DNA of 64,000 nucleotides from Desulfobacterales bacterium (GCA_963674755.2 CAXXVS010000002.1:1280001-1344000), one strand, 5' to 3'. Positions 51,017-62,196 are shown, numbered from the stretch's first letter. Numbers and translations are program-made. The notes: generated from the letters alone by a model not told the origin.

Positions 51017-51202
51017 CTCGGCCGATCTCCTTGGGTTTCCTTTCATCCGGGATTGTGGTTTGGACGATCCCGGGCCGTGGGTCGCAACCCTTCATCCTAC
51101 TGCTAAAAGCAAGGAATCATTAGCAGATACGTCTTCCAAAGTAAAGTGCTAAAAGTGCGCGGCAGGGGCTTGCGAAGACTTTGCACCTGCCGCCTTCAAT
51201 CC

Positions 51203-52489
51203 CTATCGTTCGATCACCATGGCCATCCCCATGCCGCCGCCGATGCACATGCTGATCAGGGCGGAAGCATACCCTTTACGCTGCATCTGGTGGATGGCCG
51301 TGACCATTTGGCGGGCGCCCGTACACCCAATGGGATGGCCGATGGAAATGCCGCTGCCGAGCTCGTTGGGGCGCTCTTCGGGCAGCTTGAGCTCCCGGCA
51401 ACAGGCAATCGCCTGGGAGGCGAAGGCCTCGTTGAGCTCGACCATATCAAGGTCGCCGATCTGCATGCCCTGGCTTTTCAAAACCTTGCGTACCGCCGGG
51501 ACCGGTCCCAACCCCATATAAGCCGGATCGAGCCCGCCGGAGGCAAAGGCCTTGATTTCAGCCACAGGCGTCAGCCCGAGGGCTTGGGCCTTTTCCCGCG
51601 CCATGAGCACCACTGCGGCCGCTGCATCATTAATTCCGGAAGCATTTCCAGCGGTTACCGTTCCATCCTTACGGAACACGGGCCGCAACTTGGCCATCTT
51701 TTCCACCGTGGTGTCCATGGGACGCTCGTCGATCTGGAAAAGGTCCTCGCCCTTGCGGCTCTTCAATACCACCGGAACGATTTCCTGGGCGAAGAGGCCG
51801 TCCACGATGGCCTGGCGGGCGCGCGCATGACTCAAGGCGCCTAGCGCATCCTGTTCTTCCCGGGTGATGCCGTAACGCTCGGCGATATTTTCGGCGGTCA
51901 CCCCCATATGGTAGCCATAAAAAATTTCGTACAATCCGTCGAAAACCATGAGATCGGTAACGTCCCCGGTCCCGGTGACTTCCATCCGGTAACCCCAGCG
52001 GGCCTTGGGAAGGGCCATGGGCACCTGGCTCATATTCTCCATCCCGCCGGCAATGATCACCTCGGCCTGCCCGGTGGCGATGCTGGCGGCCCCCAGAGCG
52101 ATGGCCTTCAGTCCTGACCCGCAAACCTTGTTGATCGTAAAGGCCGGCGTCTCCTTGGGGATCCCCGCCCTGACCATGGCCTGGCGGGCCGTGTTCTGCC
52201 CCTGCCCGGCCTGCAGCACGTTGCCCATGACCACTTCATCCACGGTTACCGCCTGCGCGGTGTCCGGCCAGTCCTGATAGCGCTGCTCCAATTCAAGCGG
52301 GCTGCTCTCACGCAGGGCATCCGGAGACACTTCTTCCATAACCGAACTGACCACCGGCTTGAGGTCGAGACGCTGCAGGGCCTCACGGATGACAAGAGCG
52401 CCCAGATCCACCACCGGGGTATTTTTAAGAGATCCTCCGAAAGCGCCCACCGCAGTGCGCACCCCCCCCACAATGACCACATCTTTCAT
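51203..52489 (-). CDS. Acetyl-CoA C-acetyltransferase (thiolase)
   Basis: INKVCGSG, GNASGINDAA, NEAFA, GHPIGCTG, CIGGG. Confidence 0.95.
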   Translation of the reverse strand: MKDVVIVGGVRTAVGAFGGSLKNTPVVDLGALVIREALQRLDLKPVVSSVMEEVSPDALRESSPLELEQRYQDWPDTAQAVTVDEVVMGNVLQAGQGQNTARQAMVRAGIPKETPAFTINKVCGSGLKAIALGAASIATGQAEVIIAGGMENMSQVPMALPKARWGYRMEVTGTGDVTDLMVFDGLYEIFYGYHMGVTAENIAERYGITREEQDALGALSHARARQAIVDGLFAQEIVPVVLKSRKGEDLFQIDERPMDTTVEKMAKLRPVFRKDGTVTAGNASGINDAAAAVVLMAREKAQALGLTPVAEIKAFASGGLDPAYMGLGPVPAVRKVLKSQGMQIGDLDMVELNEAFASQAIACCRELKLPEERPNELGSGISIGHPIGCTGARQMVTAIHQMQRKGYASALISMCIGGGMGMAMVIER

Positions 52490-52594
52490 GAAATCGCCTC
52501 CTTGCTTGAATTTTGCCATGCTCTGCTATAGGTTGACGTATAAGAACCGTTCACGCTACCATCGCCTTCTCGCTGAGGTCAAATCAAAATCGTT

Positions 52595-53374
52595 ATGTGC
52601 CTGATCGTCTTTGCCTACCGTGTCCACCCCTCGTTTCCCGTGATCATCGCCGCCAACCGGGACGAATTTTATGCCCGCCCGACCGCGGCTATGGGGGAAT
52701 GGGCGGATGCGCCGCAGATTGTAGCCGGACGCGATCTCGAGGGGGGCGGGACATGGATGGGCATCAGCCGGGAGGGGTGCCTGGCCGCCCTCACCAACTA
52801 CCGCGAACCCGGCCGCCTGCGAAGCGACGCACCGTCCCGCGGTCATTTGGTGAGTGATTTCCTGAGGGGGGAAGCAAATCTTAACCGATACATTGATGAA
52901 ATATCTTTAACATCCCAGGATTACAACGGATACAATATATTATTATCCGATGGAAGCCGCTGGGTGTATGTTTCCAATCGAAGCCCTGCCCCCCGCGAAC
53001 TGCCCCCGGGCATCTATGGCCTGAGCAACCACCTGCTCAACACCCCATGGCCTAAAGTCCGGCGAAGCCGCATCGCCGTCGAACACCTGTTGGCATCCGC
53101 AAGCCCGCCTACCATCCCGCCCCTTATGGACATATTGCAGGATCGTACGGTGCCGCCGGATGCGGCCCTGCCCCGCACCGGGGTCGGGCTTGAATGGGAG
53201 CGGCGCTTGGGATCGATTTTCATTCACAGCGCCATCTACGGCACCCGTTCCTCGACCGTGCTGCTCCTGGATCGTGAGGGCACAGCGCAGATTTGCGAAC
53301 GCACCTTTGATGTTAACGGCTTCGTCGGTCAGGTCGACTACACCCTCCACTTGCCGGAGCCGCACGGGGGCTGA
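52595..53374 (+). CDS. NRDE/TANGO2-family protein
   Basis: MCL...AANRDEF, GGTWMG, YGTRSST. Confidence 0.93.
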   Translation: MCLIVFAYRVHPSFPVIIAANRDEFYARPTAAMGEWADAPQIVAGRDLEGGGTWMGISREGCLAALTNYREPGRLRSDAPSRGHLVSDFLRGEANLNRYIDEISLTSQDYNGYNILLSDGSRWVYVSNRSPAPRELPPGIYGLSNHLLNTPWPKVRRSRIAVEHLLASASPPTIPPLMDILQDRTVPPDAALPRTGVGLEWERRLGSIFIHSAIYGTRSSTVLLLDREGTAQICERTFDVNGFVGQVDYTLHLPEPHGG

Positions 53375-53404
53375 AGGAAAATCCGCCTCTGCCATTCAGG
53401 CGAA

Positions 53405-53857
53405 TCACTCGGTATCGGTCTGGCGCACGATCATTACCGAACAGGGCGCTTTCTGGGAAACCCGTTTCGTCACGCTGCCGAAAAGCACCAGCCCCATCCC
53501 GGATAAGCCGTAGGATCCCATGATCACCAGATCCGCCTGGCGCTCTTCGAGAAAGGCCAGAATCTCGGTCGAAACATGGCCGTCGAGCACCACATACTGG
53601 GACGTCAGTCCCCGGGAAGCCTCCGCATCATAGCGTTCCTGCATACGCTCCTGGATCTGCATCAAAAGCGTTTCGCGCGGCGGTTCCTCCGGGGGAATCC
53701 ATTCCGCTTCGGTGAGCACCGGATTGACCACCGGCGGCAGCACATGCACAATCGACAATTTCGCGCCATAGTGCCGTGACAGGTCGCAAGCCGCCGCAAC
53801 CGCTTTGTCGGCGTTTTCGGAAAAATCCGTACAGCAGACAATGGTTTTCATCTTCAT
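53405..53857 (-). CDS. Universal stress protein
   Basis: TDFSEN, DLVIMGS, FGSV, APCSV. Confidence 0.92.
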   Translation of the reverse strand: MKMKTIVCCTDFSENADKAVAAACDLSRHYGAKLSIVHVLPPVVNPVLTEAEWIPPEEPPRETLLMQIQERMQERYDAEASRGLTSQYVVLDGHVSTEILAFLEERQADLVIMGSYGLSGMGLVLFGSVTKRVSQKAPCSVMIVRQTDTE

Positions 53858-53886
53858 TTCCCTCTCCTTTCACCACTGCAAATTGA

Positions 53887-54351
53887 TCAGGCCTTCACCG
53901 CGCCGGACATGAGGGTTCGCAGCATATCTTCCTTGCCGATGATGCCCACCACTTTTCCTTCTTCCACCACTGGCAGGGTATGAAGCTTTTTTTCCACCAT
54001 AAGGGAGGCGATATCCTCGATCGATGTTCCCGGCCTCACTGTCACCGGCTTGGGTGTCATGGCCTGTTCCACCCGTGTCGCCGCAATTTTCTCAACTTCC
54101 CTTTCGAATTGCTTGGATGAGGTCAAGGGGATGTAGCCATCCAACAGGGTGAACAGGGATGGCAGGGGGATACGTTTTTGCTGGGCGATCATGTCGCTCT
54201 GGCAGACAATCCCCACCAGCCGATTCTCGGCATCCACCACCGGCAGGCCGTTGATCCGGTTTTCCAGCAGCATTCGGGTGGCCTGGGTAATGTCGGTATC
54301 CGGGCCGACGGTGATCACATCCCGCGTCATGATATCCTGTGCTGTTTGCAT
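53887..54351 (-). CDS. CBS-domain pair protein
   Basis: DIMTRDV, GLPVVD, TLPVVE. Confidence 0.9.
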   Translation of the reverse strand: MQTAQDIMTRDVITVGPDTDITQATRMLLENRINGLPVVDAENRLVGIVCQSDMIAQQKRIPLPSLFTLLDGYIPLTSSKQFEREVEKIAATRVEQAMTPKPVTVRPGTSIEDIASLMVEKKLHTLPVVEEGKVVGIIGKEDMLRTLMSGAVKA

Positions 54352-54459
54352 GGCGACCTCTTCTATGGAACGGTTGCTTGGGAGGGAAGCACCCCTGTGC
54401 TCAATGAACTGAAATCGCTTTAATTGTTACTAAAAAAATAGGGCGCCCTACCGGCGATG

Positions 54460-55842
54460 TCAACCTGTTTCAGGGCCGTTATTCTTATCCGGCGGCGCGG
54501 CCTGCGGCATCATCTGACGCCAGCGGTCCAGGCGGTATTTCACGGTTTTCTCATACCCCCGCGCTGTGGGATGATAATAGCGCTGGCCCTGGAGTTTCTC
54601 GGGCAGGTGCTGCTGAACGGCAAAGGCGTCTTCGAAGTCGTGGGCATAGCGGTAGTCGGCCCCGTAACCCAGATCCTTCATCAGCCGGGTCGGTGCATTG
54701 CGCAGATGCAGGGGCACGGGAAGGCTGCCATGGCGCCGGGCCGCCTCCCGGGCCGCCTTATAAGCCGTGTAAACGGCATTGCTCTTGGGTGCGGTGGCCA
54801 GGTAGACCGCCACCTGGGCCAGAGCCAGCTCGCCCTCGGGGGCGCCCAGAAAATGATAGGCATCCCTGCCGTTCAGAGCGGTGGTAAGGGCCTGGGGATC
54901 GGCCACCCCAATGTCTTCCGAGGCGAAGCGCACCATGCGGCGGGCGATATAGAGCGGGTCCTCCCCCGCCGCCAGCATGCGTGCCAGCCAGTAGAGCGCC
55001 GCATCGGGATCGCTGCCCCGCAGGCTTTTGTGCAGCGCGGAGATCAGGTTGAAGTGCTCGTCCCCGGATTTGTCGTAGCGCAGGGCCTTGCGCTGGAGCA
55101 CTGCCTCCAGATCGGCCAGTTCGATGCGGGTCGCCGCCCTATCTTCCGCTGCTCCGGCCGGGCTGCTCCCCAGGGCCGCCGCCATTTCCAGGTTATTGAG
55201 GGCACAACGCGCATCGCCGTCCGCGGTTTGGACCAGAAACGCCAGAGCGTCGGATGCCAGCTGGAGGTTGAAGCGCCCCAGCCCCCGGTCCTTGTCCTGA
55301 AGGGCCAGCTGAACGATGCGGGCCAGCGTCTCCGGGGTGTGTGACCGCAGTACCACCACGCGGCAGCGGGACATGAGGGCCGGGATGACTTCAAAGGAGG
55401 GGTTTTCCGTGGTAGCCCCGATCAGGGTGATCAGGCCGGTTTCCACATGATGCAGAAAAGCGTCCTGCTGGGCCTTGTTGAAGCGGTGGATTTCGTCCAC
55501 AAACAAGAGGGTCCGCCGCTGGTGAAGATCCCGTTCCTGACGGGCCTCCTCGATCACATGGCGAATGTCCTTGACCCCGCTCAGAACCGCTGAAAATTCC
55601 ACGAAACGGGCCTGGGAAGCGCCCGCAATCAATCTTGCCAGCGTGGTCTTGCCGCATCCCGGCGGTCCCCAGATGATCATCGAGAACAAGCGCTGGCGGT
55701 GGATGGCCTGCTGGATCAGGCTGCCCTCACCCACCGCATCGGTCTGCCCGATGAATTCTTCCAGGGTGCGCGGACGCATACGGTCGGCCAGGGGGGCATC
55801 CGGCGCCATTTTCCGCCTGGCATTGTATTCGAAAAGATCCAC
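54460..55842 (-). CDS. rarA: Replication-associated recombination protein A (AAA+)
   Basis: PLADRMRP, GPPGCGKT, DEIHRFNKAQQD, KSLRGSD. Confidence 0.95.
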   Translation of the reverse strand: MDLFEYNARRKMAPDAPLADRMRPRTLEEFIGQTDAVGEGSLIQQAIHRQRLFSMIIWGPPGCGKTTLARLIAGASQARFVEFSAVLSGVKDIRHVIEEARQERDLHQRRTLLFVDEIHRFNKAQQDAFLHHVETGLITLIGATTENPSFEVIPALMSRCRVVVLRSHTPETLARIVQLALQDKDRGLGRFNLQLASDALAFLVQTADGDARCALNNLEMAAALGSSPAGAAEDRAATRIELADLEAVLQRKALRYDKSGDEHFNLISALHKSLRGSDPDAALYWLARMLAAGEDPLYIARRMVRFASEDIGVADPQALTTALNGRDAYHFLGAPEGELALAQVAVYLATAPKSNAVYTAYKAAREAARRHGSLPVPLHLRNAPTRLMKDLGYGADYRYAHDFEDAFAVQQHLPEKLQGQRYYHPTARGYEKTVKYRLDRWRQMMPQAAPPDKNNGPETG

Positions 55843-55889
55843 GCCTGGTGTCCTTGTCCCAGCGCCAATCGGGTGGGTCGGCCCAACCG

Positions 55890-57278
55890 CTAACGGCGTT
55901 TGGCGGGAGCGCGCTTTTTCCGGTCCCGACGCCGCTTTTCGCGTGCCGCCGGGTGGTCGTTGAATTCCATGCGGCCGGAGCGTTGACGCAGCAGCAGACG
56001 AACCGGGGACTGGTCCAGCCCGGTGGCTTCCCGGATCCGGTTGAGCAGGTAGCGGCGGTAGGAAAAATGAACCGCTTCCGGGTAGTTCACGAACAGGACA
56101 AAGGTCGGTGGCCGGCTTGAAACCTGGGTCGCGTAATAAAATTTAATGCGCCGGCCGCGATGCAGGGACGGCTCGTTGTCTTCCATGGCCTGGGCCAGAA
56201 TGCGGTTGACTTGTCCGGTGGCGACGCGGGCGGCGTATTGGTTATAGACGGTATTGACCAACTGGAAAATGCGCGGCAGCCGCTGCCCCGTCAAGGCGGA
56301 AATCGTGATGACCGGCGCATACGCCAGGAATTTGGCTTCCTCCCGCAATCGTAAGAGGTATTGCTTGGCCGTGCGGTGGTCCTTTTCGACCAGATCCCAC
56401 TTGTTGAGGAGAAAAATGCACCCGCAGCCCCGGTCGTAGGCATAGCCGGCCACGCTGATATCCTGGTCCGTAATCCCCTCCGACGCGTCGATCAGGATCA
56501 GGGCCACATCGCAGCGGTCCAGGCTGCGCAAGGCCTTTAATACCGAAAATTTTTCCAGTTTCTGGGTCACCTTGCCCTTGCGCCGTATCCCGGCGGTGTC
56601 GATGAGGCGATAGTGCTTGTGGTCATGGGTGATGAGGGAGTCGACGGCATCCCGGGTGGTCCCGGGGATAGCGCTGACCAGGTGACGCTCCTCCCCGACC
56701 AGGCGGTTGACCAGGGAGGATTTACCCACATTCGGGCGGCCCACCACCGCCAACTTGATCTCGTCCCGGGCCTCTTCCTGGCCGGGGGTGAAGCTCGCCA
56801 CCAGCGCATCGAGCAAATCATTATAGCCATAACGGTGTTCGGCGGACAGGGGATAGAGCTTGTCCAGGCCCAGACTGTAGAAATCGGTCAGAACGGATTC
56901 CTGCTCCGGGCTGTCGATCTTGTTGACCACATAGAAGACCGGTTTGGCGGCGCTGCGCAAATGGGCGACGATATCGTGGTCGAACGGGGAGAGGCCGTGC
57001 TTGCCATCCATCAGCATGACCACCACATCCGCGTCCTCGATGGCCAGGAAAACCTGCTGGCGAATGGCGTCGGCAAAGCGATCGTCGATCTGGCCCGAAA
57101 AACCACCCGTGTCGACGACCGTAAAGGGAAGGCCGTCCCATTCGGCTTCCCCGTAGTTCCGATCGCGGGTGACGCCCGGTAAGTCGTCCACCAGGGCATC
57201 GCGGCTGCGGGTCAGGCGGTTGAAGAGCGTGGACTTGCCCACATTGGGCCGTCCCACCAGGGCAACAATGGGTTTCAT
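55890..57278 (-). CDS. der: Ribosome biogenesis GTPase Der (EngA)
   Basis: Two GRPNVGKS G-domains followed by a KH-like C-terminus. Confidence 0.97.
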   Translation of the reverse strand: MKPIVALVGRPNVGKSTLFNRLTRSRDALVDDLPGVTRDRNYGEAEWDGLPFTVVDTGGFSGQIDDRFADAIRQQVFLAIEDADVVVMLMDGKHGLSPFDHDIVAHLRSAAKPVFYVVNKIDSPEQESVLTDFYSLGLDKLYPLSAEHRYGYNDLLDALVASFTPGQEEARDEIKLAVVGRPNVGKSSLVNRLVGEERHLVSAIPGTTRDAVDSLITHDHKHYRLIDTAGIRRKGKVTQKLEKFSVLKALRSLDRCDVALILIDASEGITDQDISVAGYAYDRGCGCIFLLNKWDLVEKDHRTAKQYLLRLREEAKFLAYAPVITISALTGQRLPRIFQLVNTVYNQYAARVATGQVNRILAQAMEDNEPSLHRGRRIKFYYATQVSSRPPTFVLFVNYPEAVHFSYRRYLLNRIREATGLDQSPVRLLLRQRSGRMEFNDHPAAREKRRRDRKKRAPAKRR

Positions 57279-57596
57279 CGTCGGTGTGACCTGTCGTAGG
57301 CTAATGTAAAAATGGGGTTATCAGACGTTGTCCGTGGTTTGGCAAATGACGTCCGGGCAGATGGATCAGCGTGATTTTCGGATTGTGGATATATCCCAGG
57401 CCCCACGCATTTGTCAATCAGTGTCCGGCGAGACTGCTGCAAGGTTCCCTATTGCCAAGCCGTCCGAACCGAAATCGTGTCCAAGCCATTGACTTGTCGA
57501 TGATTTGGCGCTTTAACGTCAAGGAGAAAGAGAACGATCTTATCGTTTACACCTGACAAAACGCCATATCCCGAATAGGCGCTATAAAGACTTCCC

Positions 57597-58454
57597 ATGG
57601 CATCCATCGAACCCTGTCCTCATGATCGCTGCGCGACGTCGTTTTCGGAGGAAACCCTCTGCCAGGTGAACGAGCGGGTCTCCTGCGGTGCCTGCTGCGG
57701 CCTTTACAATGTCCCGGCTGCCTCCCGTAACGTCCTTCTCCATCTCCTCAAAGCGCGCACCCGGCAGTTCGCGGCAACACCGCGGACGGTGGATGCTATT
57801 TTCCAGTTCAAGGAAGCCGTTGTCCGGCAGGAATGCCAGGATCGTCCCATGCGGGACTTCCATCACTGCCCTTTCCTGGGGCTTATCGGGCCGCAACAGG
57901 CCACCGTCGGCTGTCTGCTGCACCCGGACGGGGCCGGTAACAATGGCATGGATTTCAGAAGCCTTAGCTATTACGGCGGGATGACCTGCCACATCTATTT
58001 TTGTCCCTCGACCCGCCTCCTGCCTTTGCGCCACAAACAGATCCTACGGACCGTGCTGGACGACTGGTATCTTTACGGTCTCATCGCCACGGAGACCAAG
58101 CTGCTTAAAGCGTTTTTCGAAGAACTCGAAAGCCGCATGAACCGCCCCCTTTACACGGAGGATTTCACGACCCGGCCGGCCTGCCGGGAGGCGTTGAAGC
58201 ATCTTTTCCTGTTGCGGGCCAGCTGGCCCTTTCGCGCACCCGACAACCACCGGGTGGTCAATTATTTTTTCAACGATCATCTCTATGCGCGGCCGGCCAT
58301 CCCACCGTCGCGCGAGGGCCAAACCATTTCCCGCTACCGCTTGATCCTCCAGGAGCTGGAAACCGATCCGTCCTCCGAGCACGTGCTGCACCAGGCCGAG
58401 CTCTATCTCGACGACCGCTTCAAGCTGGTCCAGGATACCCTGGAGACCACTTGA
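57597..58454 (+). CDS. Cys-rich hypothetical protein (YkgJ/CxxCC-like metal-binding)
   Basis: SCGACCG, CPFLG, GCLLHP, C..YFCP. Confidence 0.7.
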   Translation: MASIEPCPHDRCATSFSEETLCQVNERVSCGACCGLYNVPAASRNVLLHLLKARTRQFAATPRTVDAIFQFKEAVVRQECQDRPMRDFHHCPFLGLIGPQQATVGCLLHPDGAGNNGMDFRSLSYYGGMTCHIYFCPSTRLLPLRHKQILRTVLDDWYLYGLIATETKLLKAFFEELESRMNRPLYTEDFTTRPACREALKHLFLLRASWPFRAPDNHRVVNYFFNDHLYARPAIPPSREGQTISRYRLILQELETDPSSEHVLHQAELYLDDRFKLVQDTLETT

Positions 58455-58948
58455 GGACGCCGATGACACGCCACATGCCCGGCATCGTGCCCAATCACGC
58501 GACGACCTCTCACGACGGCCTCCGCCGGCGTCTGTTTTGCTATGGCACCTTGCAGCTTCCCACCGTGCTGGAGGCGGTGATCGGACGCCGTCTGCAAGGC
58601 GTGCGGGCGGCCCTGGCCGGATACGGCGCTTTCCGGATCCACCGGGCGGAATATCCGGGGCTCCTTCGCCTCCCCGGCCAGACCGCATGGGGCATGCTCT
58701 ATGACGGCCTATCCTTGCCGGAACTTGACGTACTGGATCGTTTCGAGGGGGCGTTATACGAGCGCCGGGCTTACCCCGTGCAGCGGATTGATGGCCGACG
58801 GGTCCAGGCCTGGGTCTATATGGTCGCCGCCGGCCGACACGGGCAACTTACGGCGGCCCCCTGGCACCTTCAACGTTTCAGGCGATCGGTCTACCGGCGT
58901 TTCATGAAACGCTTTGTTACGGACCGCCGATTCCTCTATGACCCCTAA
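58451..58948 (+). CDS. Gamma-glutamylcyclotransferase (AIG2-like)
   Basis: LFCYGTL, YPGL, LDRFEG, AWVY. Confidence 0.88.
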   Translation: MRTPMTRHMPGIVPNHATTSHDGLRRRLFCYGTLQLPTVLEAVIGRRLQGVRAALAGYGAFRIHRAEYPGLLRLPGQTAWGMLYDGLSLPELDVLDRFEGALYERRAYPVQRIDGRRVQAWVYMVAAGRHGQLTAAPWHLQRFRRSVYRRFMKRFVTDRRFLYDP

Positions 58949-58990
58949 CAGGAAGGCCGGCTTGGATCATGCGATCCGCCCCCGGACAGT

Positions 58991-59758
58991 ATGAATGCCT
59001 TGATTCGCTACGCCCTAGTACGCGCGCCCGGACCGGATGCCGCGGGTGGACTAACAGAACAAAGCGGCCCGCCGGTCAGTCTGGAACGTCTCCGGGATCA
59101 GCATGCGGCCTACTGCCATCTGCTGCAAACCCTTGGCATCACCCTGATCCGACTCGACCCCCTTCCCGGTTTCCCGGATGCCTATTTCGTGGAAGACACG
59201 GCGGTGGTCACATCCGAGATTGCGGTTGTCACACGGCCCGGTGCACCCCAGCGCCGTGGCGAGGAGAAGACCGTGGCACACCGCCTGGCGGATTATCGGC
59301 CGTTGAAGATTATCACCCCGCCCGGCACATTGGACGGCGGCGATGTCCTGATCGTTGGCCGGGACGTCTTTGTCGGTCTTTCCGGCCGCACCAATCGTGA
59401 AGGCGCCGACCAGCTGGCCCAGATACTGGCGCCCTGGGATTATCGCTGTACAACGGTTGAAGTTCCCGACGGGCTGCATCTCAAAAGCAGCATTGCCGCT
59501 ATCGGTGACCGTCAATTGCTGATAAAAGCCACCTGGTCGCAGCTGTCCGAATTTAAAGACTATGCCAAACTCCTGGTGGATCCCGCCGAGGCCTATGCCT
59601 GCAATACCCTCGCCGTCAACGGGCATCTGATCATGCCCGCGGGTTATCCACGGACCCGTGCCCTGCTGGAATCGACCGGCCAGCCGATCTACGAGCTGGG
59701 TACCAGCGCCTTTCGCCGCATGGACGGCGGGCTGACCTGCCTCTCGCTACGCTTTTAA
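58991..59758 (+). CDS. Dimethylarginine dimethylaminohydrolase/amidinotransferase family
   Basis: PDAYFVEDT, LDGGDV, LHLKS, DGGLTCLS. Confidence 0.92.
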   Translation: MNALIRYALVRAPGPDAAGGLTEQSGPPVSLERLRDQHAAYCHLLQTLGITLIRLDPLPGFPDAYFVEDTAVVTSEIAVVTRPGAPQRRGEEKTVAHRLADYRPLKIITPPGTLDGGDVLIVGRDVFVGLSGRTNREGADQLAQILAPWDYRCTTVEVPDGLHLKSSIAAIGDRQLLIKATWSQLSEFKDYAKLLVDPAEAYACNTLAVNGHLIMPAGYPRTRALLESTGQPIYELGTSAFRRMDGGLTCLSLRF

Positions 59759-59911
59759 ATGTTCCGACCGCGATCGCCTTTCTTGCATTCCGCCCAAACA
59801 ACCTTAGCTTAAAATCCAATCGGAAAAAGCGGCTCCGGCCGCAAACGGCGGGAGCCAAGCGCTCCCGGGCCATCGTTTCCCGTTTCCAACCGTACGAAAG
59901 GAACTCCGATC

Positions 59912-60334
59912 ATGAAAGATGAACGTAACGCACACCTCAAAGTGCAGGAACTTTGCGACTGCTATGCCACCACCGATCCCTTGCAGGAGATGTCGCGCCT
60001 GCCCCATGATGCGGATCAGGAAGAGGGGGCCCTGAAGTGGCTGGCGCTGGCCGCTCTCCACGGGATCAATCACAATGCCAGCCGTATCACGATCCGGAAG
60101 ACCCCGGAGGACGGCGTCCACGTCACGGCGGAATACCGGCGCAGCGAGCTTCCCTCCCCGGGGGAAGCCGTGGGGAAGCATATTTTTGAGGCGATCCGTG
60201 AAATCACCCACATCGAGGCTTCCAAGGGCAAAACGCAACTGGCCCTGGGGCTGCGGGACAGCAGCGTCGATCTGCGCATCAAAATCAAATCCAAGGACGG
60301 GCAAGAGAAAATTACGATCAAATTTCCTGAATAA
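59912..60334 (+). CDS. Hypothetical protein resembling a stand-alone GspE/PilB N2 domain
   Basis: AAGGA RBS; pattern HGINHNASRITI...VDLRIK...GQEKITIKF. Confidence 0.6.
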   Translation: MKDERNAHLKVQELCDCYATTDPLQEMSRLPHDADQEEGALKWLALAALHGINHNASRITIRKTPEDGVHVTAEYRRSELPSPGEAVGKHIFEAIREITHIEASKGKTQLALGLRDSSVDLRIKIKSKDGQEKITIKFPE

Positions 60335-60431
60335 TGTCAAAGACCAGCCATGACAGGAAGTACCCTTGGGAATCGGGGTACCGTCGCCGGAAAGGGTTGC
60401 GGGGGGAACACCAGGGCTTAAAGGAGGAAGG

Positions 60432-61055
60432 ATGCCGTCCGGAAGAGGCTTGATATTGGCATTGATCACTATGGTGGCATTGGGGGGACTGCTGGGGGGC
60501 TGCGCTTCGTCGCCCCAGGGAACGGATGGATTCGCTTTTCCTGCCCAGCCCCCCCTCCCACTGGACGCCGCTGACCTGAAGCCCGGCCTGGCGGTACTCT
60601 ATTTCAAGCATCCTTTTGTTCGCAGTCTGGATGCACTTCCCCAGGGCGATGAAGCACGGGCGCGCGGCTGGACAGGTCCTCCCATCACCGACCTGAACCA
60701 CCAGTTCGGTCGTGGGGCTATCTTCGACAGCGGCACCAATCGCGGCATTGCCATGGAACTGGACGGATATATCCGGTTGGCGCAGCCCGGCACCTATTTT
60801 TTCCAGGCCAACAGCAACGACGGCATCCGCATGATTATCGGCTCCCAGCTCCTGATCGACGACCCGGACTGGCATTCCGACCGCCTGACGCCCGAATCCC
60901 ACCTGGCCATCCGCCAGCCCGGCTGGTATGCTTTGCGGTTGCGTTATTTCCAGCGCAAGGGAACGGCCAGCCTTCAGCTCTATTGGAAGCCCCCGGGGCA
61001 GGAGCGTTTTTCCATTGTTCCCCCCAAGGTGCTTGCACACCAACCAGCCGACTGA
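60432..61055 (+). CDS. PA14-domain lipoprotein
   Basis: AAGGAGG RBS; LGGC lipobox; GYI...GTYFF...SNDG, GWYALRLRYFQ, LQLYW. Confidence 0.85.
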   Translation: MPSGRGLILALITMVALGGLLGGCASSPQGTDGFAFPAQPPLPLDAADLKPGLAVLYFKHPFVRSLDALPQGDEARARGWTGPPITDLNHQFGRGAIFDSGTNRGIAMELDGYIRLAQPGTYFFQANSNDGIRMIIGSQLLIDDPDWHSDRLTPESHLAIRQPGWYALRLRYFQRKGTASLQLYWKPPGQERFSIVPPKVLAHQPAD

Positions 61056-61113
61056 TATAGCTGGGCGGCGTTCGGCGCTACGTTCACCCTGTCACCCCAA
61101 CACTGGAAACCGC

Positions 61114-62196
61114 ATGCCGCGCTACCGCCTGATTTTCGACGGCCACTACCGGCCCGGTCTATCCCCGCAGGATGCCCAGCAGCGCTTGGCCGCGTTGTTC
61201 AAGGTGGCGCCCGGTGAGATCAGCACCCTTTTTTCCACCGCGCCGGTAATCCTCAAAGAAAATCTCACCTACGATGAAGCCCTACGGGACAAGGCCGATT
61301 TCGAAGCCACCGGCGCCTTGTGCCGTCTGGAACCCCAGTCTTCTTTGAGCACCTCCGCCAAAAAAATTTTCGCCCTTGGCCATATGGGACGATCCCGGCC
61401 GCAGGGGCAAACGTCCGATGACGGCGAACGGCGATACGGGCTTCTTCATCCTTACGTGATGGCTTTTTTCTCACGGTCTTTCTACGCCGATGTGGCCGCC
61501 CACTGGCGGGGACGCGCTTTCGTTCACCTCCTGGTGATCCTGCTGCTTGCTGCCACCGCCTACACCCGCCATTTCCAGGGCCTCATCGACGCCTTTGTCA
61601 CCCAGGAGGCCCCGGCCATCATTGCCCAGATTCCGCGCATCACGATTACGGACGGCACTGTCCATGTATCGGTATCCGAACCCTACACCATTCGGGAGCC
61701 GGACAACGATCGTGTTTTCGCGGTCATCGACACCACCGGCCAGATTACCTCTTTCAAGCAGACGAATGCCCTTATGCTGCTGACAGCCTCCCGTCTGGCG
61801 GTCCGCCTGGGACCGGAGGATGTCCGCATCGTCGACTTAAGCCCCATCGATACCCTGCAAATCGACCAGGCGGCGGTGTCCCAATGGCTGGCGGATATCC
61901 AGGCGTGGTCACCGTTTATAATCTTCCCGTTGGCCCTTGGGTTTTCCTTCATCTTCCGCAGCCTGCAGGCCCTGCTCTACGGCGGTTTGGGGGTTGCCCT
62001 GGCCGGACTGCTGAAAACCCCGATCACCTATGGTGCCGCCGTCAGCGTTGCCATCATGGCCATGACCCCGGTTCTGCTGCTGGACGCCGTATTGATGCTG
62101 GCGCATATCGATCTGCCCCTGTGGGGCCTTTTAGGGTTTCTGCTGGCCGTAGGCTACCTTGCATTCGGCATCCGATCCGCGCTCCGGCCGGCCTGA
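61114..62196 (+). CDS. DUF1189-like membrane protein with N-terminal bL12-CTD-like domain
   Basis: N-terminal PVILKENLTYDEA...GA; four to five TM segments; periplasmic IPRITITDG...VIDTTG. Confidence 0.7.
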   Translation: MPRYRLIFDGHYRPGLSPQDAQQRLAALFKVAPGEISTLFSTAPVILKENLTYDEALRDKADFEATGALCRLEPQSSLSTSAKKIFALGHMGRSRPQGQTSDDGERRYGLLHPYVMAFFSRSFYADVAAHWRGRAFVHLLVILLLAATAYTRHFQGLIDAFVTQEAPAIIAQIPRITITDGTVHVSVSEPYTIREPDNDRVFAVIDTTGQITSFKQTNALMLLTASRLAVRLGPEDVRIVDLSPIDTLQIDQAAVSQWLADIQAWSPFIIFPLALGFSFIFRSLQALLYGGLGVALAGLLKTPITYGAAVSVAIMAMTPVLLLDAVLMLAHIDLPLWGLLGFLLAVGYLAFGIRSALRPA

